Source: Podarcis filfolensis
Lineage: Eukaryota
Length of the DNA stretch: 64,000 nucleotides
Strand: one strand, 5' to 3'
Assembly (NCBI GenBank): GCA_964270895.1
Contig: OZ185442.1
How positions within the stretch are numbered: position 1 is the stretch's first letter; every line of letters begins with the position of its first letter. The notes beneath the pieces are model-generated. The model ran no database searches. It had not been told where the DNA came from and worked only from the letters and a program-made list of their open reading frames with translations. The position numbers and the translations under genes were made by a program. Shown one piece after another: positions 60,601 to 64,000 of the stretch.

Positions 60601-62453
60601 AAAATGCTGCTTATACCTTCCTCATATAAGCAGTAAGAGATCCAGAATGGTGTTGTGTGTTCATCAGCATTTCTCAGTAATGTGAGAAGCTTAGGTTTGT
60701 CCACTCCATTCCTCCTCCTGTGCCTTTCCCAGGAGAAAATAAACACACACAGGATTTCCTGTCCCTGAACATAATGTGAAAGAACAACAGCCCTCATCTG
60801 CTTAGTGAAATTGTCCTATTGTGTTGAATTATAAGCACAGGCACTGCTGTCAGGAAAGGAGTTGGCAACCAAGAGGAATATATTGCTTGGCTCTCTGCTT
60901 GCTGGGCCTCTCATACCTCTGCTGATGCGCTGGGTGGGAGAAGGACCCAACTAACCAGCTTCTTCCTTCTCTCTGCCTGGTTGATTTCTCCTCCTTCCCT
61001 TTTTCGCCTCTACTCCCCTTTTGCCTGGTCACCCCCTCCTGGCCTGCCATCTGCTATGCTGCCCTTGGTACACCTCTTCTCTGCCTTCCACCAACCCAGC
61101 TTACGGCCCTGATGCCTGCCCAACAGCAGCTGCTTCTGCAGCAGGCCCAAGCGCAGCTCCTGGCAGCCGCCGTGCAGCAGTCCAATGCCGCAGCTGCCGC
61201 AGCCTCCTCTCAGCAGCCTGGGGCTGAGCTGACGGCGCCACAGAACCAGCCCCAGACGCCACAGCTTGCCCTGTCGCAGCCAATCCAGCTCACTGCACAG
61301 GTAAGGGCTTGTGCACGGGAGGCTCAGCTTGCCGGGGGTCTGGCCAGAATGGGTTGCCCAGCATTACACGCTCACCACCACACAGAGAATAGGGCAGAAG
61401 TCAAAGTGTATGACAGGCTGCTCATGCAGACATGGCCTGATCCACGATTGGCATCCATCTGTCTCAGGAGACAATGGAGGGGTGCGTCTTTCTGGGCGAG
61501 GTCAAACTGTTGGAAAGTTGCAGTGCCTGCTGTGGCTCTAGAGACCGATGCGGGAGAGACATGTTTTGTTGCAGCTGGGACAGGTGAAGGCGTTCAGTTA
61601 TGCTGCTGCAGGTGCGCTGCGGCATTTCTTCTCTTATGTAGGGATGTGTATAGAAACTAGGAGAGGATGTGTTTGTTAGATATTATCCTTCGTGAGTTCA
61701 GCAGGCTGCATCCCTTTGTCGGCCAAAAATAAGGAACCTGTTGATAGGTTAGCTTTAACCTTTAGTTTTAGTAATGCAGGATGCTTTACTGCAGACTGGA
61801 TTTCCTGTTATTTCCCCCTTTTCTCCCTTAAAAACAACAGACACGCCAAACAGTCTTCTTATAAGTAAAGATAGATTTCCTTGCTCAGTTTCACAATAGC
61901 AGTCTTGAGGCAGGCTGAAAATGTAGTTGCAGACAGTAGTTTAGATCAAAATGGAGTTTGAGCTGTGACTCAGATTCAGCACTTGTCCTTCATCCCTAGT
62001 CATTGATGAGGCATCGAAGAGAAGAGGAGAGAGAAATTGGAGATCAGGAATCAGAGAGAGAGCAGGCTGGGAACGTGACCGGCTTATATAGGCTGTGCCC
62101 CTTTTACCTGGCTGTACACAGTGGAAGTGGCTCTCACAGGGAGGATTTTCTGTAGACCCTGTGAGATCCAACTTCCTCTGTGTGTGTCTTTCTAGCAAAC
62201 ACATTGCCACTCGCCATACCTGACCCTGGTCAACTGTAGGAGAATCCTCAACACCTTCACCGGACTGCAGTCCTCAGCATTAAACTGGCATAAATTTGCA
62301 TGGTAGATATACCCACACTCTTCCTCCCACTCACTTCTCTGTTCTAGGACATCCAGCAGCTGCTCCAGCTCCAGCAGTTAGTCCTCGTCCCAGGGCACCA
62401 CCTCCAGCCGCCTGCACAGTTCCTGCTGCCACAGGCCCAGCAGGGACAGCAAG
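12802..62453 (+). CDS. POU2F2: POU domain class 2 transcription factor 2 (Oct-2), 5' part of a multi-exon gene; the POU/homeodomain exons lie beyond the window
   Basis: The spliced translation ...[22 protein letters not shown]|[12 protein letters not shown]|[19 protein letters not shown]|IKAEDP...[13 protein letters not shown]|...|[35 protein letters not shown] matches remembered human Oct-2 (EIRMSKPLEAEK..., [18 protein letters not shown]..., [32 protein letters not shown]). All introns are GT-AG with compatible phases. Confidence 0.97.
15040..15170. promoter_or_regulatory. Candidate intronic enhancer
   Basis: CpG retention, GCTAATGA (15100-15107), perfect palindrome AAATCGATTT (15146-15155). 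Confidence 0.4.
16345..16620 (-). mobile_element. CR1 LINE 3' fragment
   Basis: TAGTAGCCATTGATAGCCTTATTCTCCATGAATTCATCTAA...TTCCTTTTGTCTGTCCTGAA is the typical CR1 ORF2 end and 3' UTR, reversed. Confidence 0.75.
17411..17546. mobile_element. hAT-type MITE, near-perfect 136-bp hairpin
   Basis: 58-bp inverted arms with 1 mismatch, 20-bp loop, perfect 8-bp TSD GAGTAGAC (17403-17410 and 17547-17554). Confidence 0.92.
18330..18847 (+). promoter_or_regulatory. Candidate internal promoter with three reverse CCAAT boxes and a possible non-coding first exon
   Basis: ATTGG at 18498 (full NF-Y consensus CTGATTGGCC), 18567 and 18608. GC-rich. Donor-like GAG|GTGGGT at 18848. Confidence 0.4.
23800..24070 (-). 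mobile_element. Old L2 LINE fragment
   Basis: GGAGGCATTCCACAG.CTGG.AGCC..CACAGAGAAGGC is the reversed 'AFSV.AP.LWN.LP' motif. Confidence 0.55.
25118..25441. mobile_element. hAT (Charlie-like) non-autonomous element with an internal 63-bp duplication
   Basis: TIRs CATGGGTAGGCAAACT and CGTTTGCTGATCCCTG, 8-bp TSD GGATAGAA on both sides, direct repeat at 25204-25266 and 25275-25337. Confidence 0.85.
26838..26875. repeat. (AAAG)n microsatellite
   Basis: Read directly from the sequence. Confidence 0.95.
26880..27070. promoter_or_regulatory. Homeodomain/POU-motif-rich candidate enhancer
   Basis: GATTGATCA (26887), TAATGAGGT (26968), TAATGAAGT (26992), TAATTA (27013). CpG retained. Confidence 0.5.
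27974..27987 (+). promoter_or_regulatory. Possible CTCF site CCCCCTGAGGGCGC
   Basis: Close to the CTCF core CC(A/G)C(C/T)AG(A/G)(G/T)GGCGC, within a small CpG-rich patch (27950-28060). Confidence 0.4.
28618..28755 (-). mobile_element. tRNA-derived SINE (squamate family with CR1-type tail)
   Basis: Reversed head GATTGAGCCTGGGACCTTCTG...CCACTGAGCTATAGC and body TTGTCTACACTGACTGGCAGCGGCTCTCCAGGGTTTCA. Confidence 0.7.
30611..30667. repeat. (AAAG)n microsatellite
   Basis: Read directly from the sequence. Confidence 0.97.
31540..31720. promoter_or_regulatory. CpG-rich candidate regulatory element
   Basis: CpG cluster with TATCGATCG (31629-31637) and TGTCA; no repeat hallmarks. Confidence 0.4.
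33495..33631 (-). mobile_element. tRNA-derived SINE with CR1 3' tail, diverged
   Basis: GTAGAGTTGGAAGGGACCCTGAGGATCATCTAATCCAACC followed by a reversed tRNA-like head. Confidence 0.65.
35305..35382 (+). mobile_element. CR1/SINE 3' tail fragment
   Basis: GCAGGGGGTTGGACTAGATGACCCTTGGGGTCCCTTTCAAC. Confidence 0.7.
36982..37630 (-). pseudogene. Decayed PNMA-family / Ty3-Gypsy gag capsid-like coding remnant
   Basis: Minus-strand frames give, in PNMA order, [32 protein letters not shown] and SQA, versus remembered PNMA1 TFDPW, VIRILKSNNPAITTAEC, YQNPGEKLSAY and NQA. Several stops and frameshifts are needed. Alignment by eye only. Confidence 0.5.
38640..38900. promoter_or_regulatory. CpG-island-like candidate enhancer or promoter about 4.6 kb upstream of exon 1b
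   Basis: Dense CpG with TAATAAT, SOX-type ATTGT and ACAAT, TATTGATCG (38743), CGCGTCAC and CTCATTA. Confidence 0.55.
40094..40162. repeat. Compound (CT)n(GT)n microsatellite
   Basis: Read directly from the sequence. Confidence 0.97.
40745..40950 (+). mobile_element. CR1-type 3' UTR fragment
   Basis: AATGGCTACTAGCCATGATGGC...GGATCCTGGACTAGATGGGTCATTGGCCTGATCCAGCAGG. Confidence 0.7.
41348..41372. repeat. (GT)n microsatellite
   Basis: Read directly from the sequence. Confidence 0.95.
41611..41809. mobile_element. PIF/Harbinger-like MITE
   Basis: 22-bp TIRs (19/22 match) with TNA-type flanks (TTA / TGA). Confidence 0.65.
42287..42528. mobile_element. PIF/Harbinger-like MITE (related copies near 30340-30465 and 34638-34940)
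   Basis: 14-bp TIRs GGGCTGTGTACACA / TGCGTACACAGCCC. The TSD is not clean. Confidence 0.55.
43479..43506 (+). CDS. POU2F2: POU2F2 proximal first coding exon (1b): MVNSGLWAA + G, probable ortholog of mammalian MVHSSMGAP exon 1
   Basis: Kozak gccATGG, 28 coding nt (the length of the human exon 1 CDS as I recall it), donor CAG|GTAAGT at 43507, phase 1. Aligns codon for codon with M-V-H-S-S-M-G-A-P. Confidence 0.75.
45440..45750. mobile_element. AT-rich squamate DNA-transposon-like repeat (same family as 63620-63975)
   Basis: Shares blocks TCTCA.TTT.TCATTTTTCCA.TCTTAA and AATGGCTGTGTTT with 63620-63975. Confidence 0.55.
46028..46284 (-). mobile_element. CR1 LINE 3' end, 5'-truncated
   Basis: Encodes the CR1 ORF2 C-terminus [51 protein letters not shown] and ends in the ATTCT-type tail. 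Confidence 0.92.
46353..46503 (+). mobile_element. Full-length tRNA-Lys-derived SINE with CR1 tail
   Basis: A box TGGCTCAGTTGG, tRNA-Lys-like GTAGAGCATGAGACTCTTAAT, degenerate B box, CR1 tail ending ATTCTATGA. Confidence 0.85.
47090..47790 (-). mobile_element. L2 LINE 3' fragment interrupted by a younger insertion
   Basis: GGGAGAGCATTCCACAAACGG.GCTACCAC (reversed LWN.LP motif) and GGCCTGGAAACTAATTGGCAGCCAGTGCAG. Confidence 0.65.
47254..47443. mobile_element. hAT-type non-autonomous element nested in the L2
   Basis: Perfect 8-bp TSD CCACCCAC (47246-47253 and 47444-47451), degenerate CA...TG TIRs. Confidence 0.75.
48961..51000 (+). mobile_element. Decayed, internally deleted Ty3/Gypsy LTR retrotransposon (sushi/Mart-like lineage)
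   Basis: Gag remnant [15 protein letters not shown] (49502), CCHC knuckle [14 protein letters not shown] (49757-49798), protease [12 protein letters not shown] (49996), pol start [23 protein letters not shown] (~50408), [11 protein letters not shown], RNase [13 protein letters not shown] / AYDSRKLTP (~50710-50815). No RT catalytic core is seen, and the ends are approximate. Confidence 0.85.
51385..51810. mobile_element. Palindromic non-autonomous DNA element
   Basis: Outer arms ...CATGGCTTCTCCCAAAGAACCCTGGGAA and ...AGAATTCTTAGGGGGAAGCCGTGA are inverted, with an extra internal arm. Confidence 0.7.
52012..52300 (-). mobile_element. L2 LINE 3' end
   Basis: Alignable to 54185-54450, with the reversed RAFSVVAP.LWNALP motif. 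Confidence 0.85.
52560..52945. promoter_or_regulatory. Candidate intronic enhancer ending in a composite AP-1/heptamer/MORE/octamer site
   Basis: CpG-retaining unique-looking block. TGACTCA 52919-52925, CTCATTA 52922-52928, ATGCAAAT 52934-52941. Confidence 0.5.
54120..54470 (-). mobile_element. L2 LINE 3' end with (TTA)n/(TCA)n tail
   Basis: Minus ORF ...[46 protein letters not shown] is an L2 ORF2 C-terminus. Microsatellite tail at 54123-54184. Confidence 0.9.
55479..55544 (+). CDS. POU2F2: POU2F2 exon 2 ([23 protein letters not shown])
   Basis: Polypyrimidine tract + TAG acceptor, 66 nt, phase 1-1, donor CAG|GTAGCA. RMSKPLE matches Oct-2. Confidence 0.95.
56891..56925 (+). CDS. POU2F2: POU2F2 exon 3 ([12 protein letters not shown])
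   Basis: ttgctttcag| acceptor, 35 nt, donor CAG|GTGAGA. The peptide is identical to the human sequence. Confidence 0.97.
57049..57105 (+). CDS. POU2F2: POU2F2 exon 4 ([19 protein letters not shown])
   Basis: Strong polypyrimidine tract + CAG, 57 nt, donor AAG|GTAAGT. Aligns with human NPQNKTSPFSVSPTGPSTK. Confidence 0.93.
57626..57667. repeat. (TA)n microsatellite
   Basis: Read directly from the sequence. Confidence 0.97.
57757..57773 (+). promoter_or_regulatory. Probable CTCF site TGCCACCAGAGGGAGCA
   Basis: Matches the CTCF core CCACCAGRKGGCRC with one substitution (C>A). Confidence 0.55.
57905..58160 (+). mobile_element. CR1 LINE 3' fragment
   Basis: ATGATAGAGGTGTATAAAATTATGCATGG...TTCAGGACAGACAAAAGGAAGTACTT...TTAGACAGATTCATAGAGGATAAGGCTATCA. 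Confidence 0.8.
59843..59962 (+). CDS. POU2F2: POU2F2 exon 5 ([40 protein letters not shown])
   Basis: ttctccctccag| acceptor, 120 nt, phase 0-0, donor GGG|GTAAGT. IKAEDP and [17 protein letters not shown] match Oct-2. Confidence 0.95.
61100..61300 (+). CDS. POU2F2: POU2F2 Gln/Ala-rich cassette-type exon ('5b'): [27 protein letters not shown]...SQPIQLTAQ
   Basis: aacccag| acceptor, 201 nt (67 codons), phase 0-0, donor CAG|GTAAGG. Homologous to the Oct-1 segment [24 protein letters not shown]...LSQPIQIAQ. Confidence 0.9.
62348..62453 (+). CDS. POU2F2: POU2F2 exon 6 ([36 protein letters not shown]), glutamine-rich activation region
   Basis: ctgttctag| acceptor, 106 nt, donor AAG|GTAAGA. Near-identical to human Oct-2. 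Confidence 0.97.
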
Positions 62454-63194
62454 GTAAGAATGGCTTGTGTGTGAAAATGAGACTGCATAGGCCACACTCC
62501 GCTTCTCCTGGCAAAAGGGTCTTTGCAGGCAAGCAGTTCCTAGTGCAACGAGCTGTTGTTTTTCCGCTGTAAGCTGCAAATGAAATTGCCATTGACTTTA
62601 TGCCCTGATGGGGGGAAAGCTCAGCGAAGTGCTCTTTCCCAACAACTTTTGAGATGTATAAGAAAAACATTCTAAAATGTTGTGGTAAGTCTGAAAAATA
62701 AAATATTGGCACAGGATGAAAAGACAGCAGCATTTGAAAATCAGCGCTATAATACTCTTTCATAGAAGTGCAGTGGCATGAATATTTTAATATTTAAAAA
62801 TGGTTCTAAAAGCATTTTCAGTGTTAATTAAAACATTTTTTAAAACAACAACAATGTAATGAAATGATGCTGACTAGAAAATAATAATAGTGAAGGTGAA
62901 ATGGCAATAGGTTCAGCTGCTTTAGGCAGCAGATGCCAAAACCAGATGGAAAAGAAAATGGAAGAGTAACAATACTATGGTGATTTACACCTGTAAAGAT
63001 TCCACTAGTGTTTTTATTGTTAACAACAACAACAACAACTTGGGATTTTTTGTGGTCTGCTGAAAACCAGAAGAAGCAGCACAGAGAAGACACAGGGGGG
63101 AGATAGTGAGTTGATGATGTTGTGTAGATGCCCTATAAAAAGTGAGTGAACCAAGTGTGAGGATAGAAAGCACCTAGTATGGAAGCACTGTAAG

Positions 63195-63333
63195 GTAGGG
63201 ATGGGGAATCTGTGCCCTCCCCCCTCCAGATGCTCTTCGATCTACCAAACTACAGCCAATGTGGCCATTGGTCAGGAATGGTGGAGTTGTAGTCCAGCAA
63301 CATCTGGAGGACCACACATTCCTCATCCCTGCT
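63195..63333. mobile_element. Degenerate hAT MITE related to 17411-17546
   Basis: TAGGGATGGGGAATCTGTG.CCTCC...GGAGGACCACACATTCCTCATCCCTG inverted ends. Confidence 0.6.
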
Positions 63334-63619
63334 GTAAGCCTTGGACAAAAAACCCAAAACACAGAGTTCACTGTCAGCCTACATCTACTTACCCCACCCT
63401 CAGCAAGCCCAGGTCTACCAGGAATTATGTTCAGTCCTGAAAGGTGATAAAATCATGTGTCTGAATATTTTCAAAGTACTTTTCCCTCACCACAGAATTC
63501 CCCATTTGTTCCCCCCATTCTGGGATGAAGAGGCAGATTAGGGAACTGGAGAAATCTGTTCCACTTTGCCTCAGCATAAAGCATTTTATTCTCTCAAGTT
63601 AGAATCATGTGCTGGATGG

Positions 63620-63975
63620 TAGGGATGAGACGATTTGCCAATTTTGCTTCATCTCAGTTTTTCATTTTTCCAATCTTAAGTTTCCACACCAGTTTGCAAT
63701 TAAAAAAAAGAAAGTCCTCATGAAAATTCCATCAACATTTTTGTACGAATTTATCCTAATAAATATATTTTTCCAGAGCAATTTTCTTAATATAACACTA
63801 CATTTCTATGTTATTTTCACAAATATATGATTTTATATGCAGCCTTTGCTCTCATATATGAATCTTAGTGCAAAATAACCTAGCTGGAGAACTGCATTGC
63901 AGAATTTGGAGAATTATGAATTTCAACAAATGGCTGTGTTTCAGATTATACTTTGTTTCAGAAAGTGTGAATTAA
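63620..63975. mobile_element. AT-rich squamate DNA-transposon-like repeat
   Basis: Starts TAGGGATG and shares blocks with 45440-45750. Confidence 0.55.
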
Positions 63976-64000
63976 ATAGGCTCACCTTCAAATTCCTCCC

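Noticed and set aside
61112-61660. 182-aa ORF starting MPAQQQ
   Set aside because: Only 61100-61300 is exon. The rest is read-through past a strong GTAAGG donor and loses all homology.

Overview
Vertebrate genomic DNA from a squamate reptile. A lacertid lizard is likely, judged from the tRNA-Lys/CR1-tail SINEs, CORE-type SINEs, L2/CR1 LINE ends and hAT/Harbinger MITEs. The window holds the 5' part of one protein-coding gene on the + strand, POU2F2 (Oct-2). There are two alternative coding first exons 30.6 kb apart (12802-12901 '[13 protein letters not shown]...' and 43479-43506 'MVNSGLWAA'), both ending in phase 1. Six downstream exons follow (55479-55544, 56891-56925, 57049-57105, 59843-59962, 61100-61300, 62348-62453), all with canonical splice sites and one continuous frame. 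The POU and homeodomain exons lie beyond the right edge. The rest is intronic or upstream sequence: CpG-retaining, motif-dense blocks that look like enhancers or promoters, microsatellites and many transposon remnants. The latter include a decayed sushi-like Ty3/Gypsy element and a probable PNMA-type gag fossil. No CRISPR array, rRNA or functional tRNA is present, and nearly all ORFs in the supplied track are spurious. The most interesting signals are: the splicing architecture of cassette exon 61100-61300 (distant branch point, 139-nt AG-free pyrimidine tract, RBFOX-type motifs); clustered ONECUT/CUX-type motifs upstream of the distal first exon; a composite AP-1/heptamer/MORE/octamer element suggesting Oct-2 autoregulation; and the PNMA-like fossil. 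All family assignments come from remembered sequences, and no database search was run.
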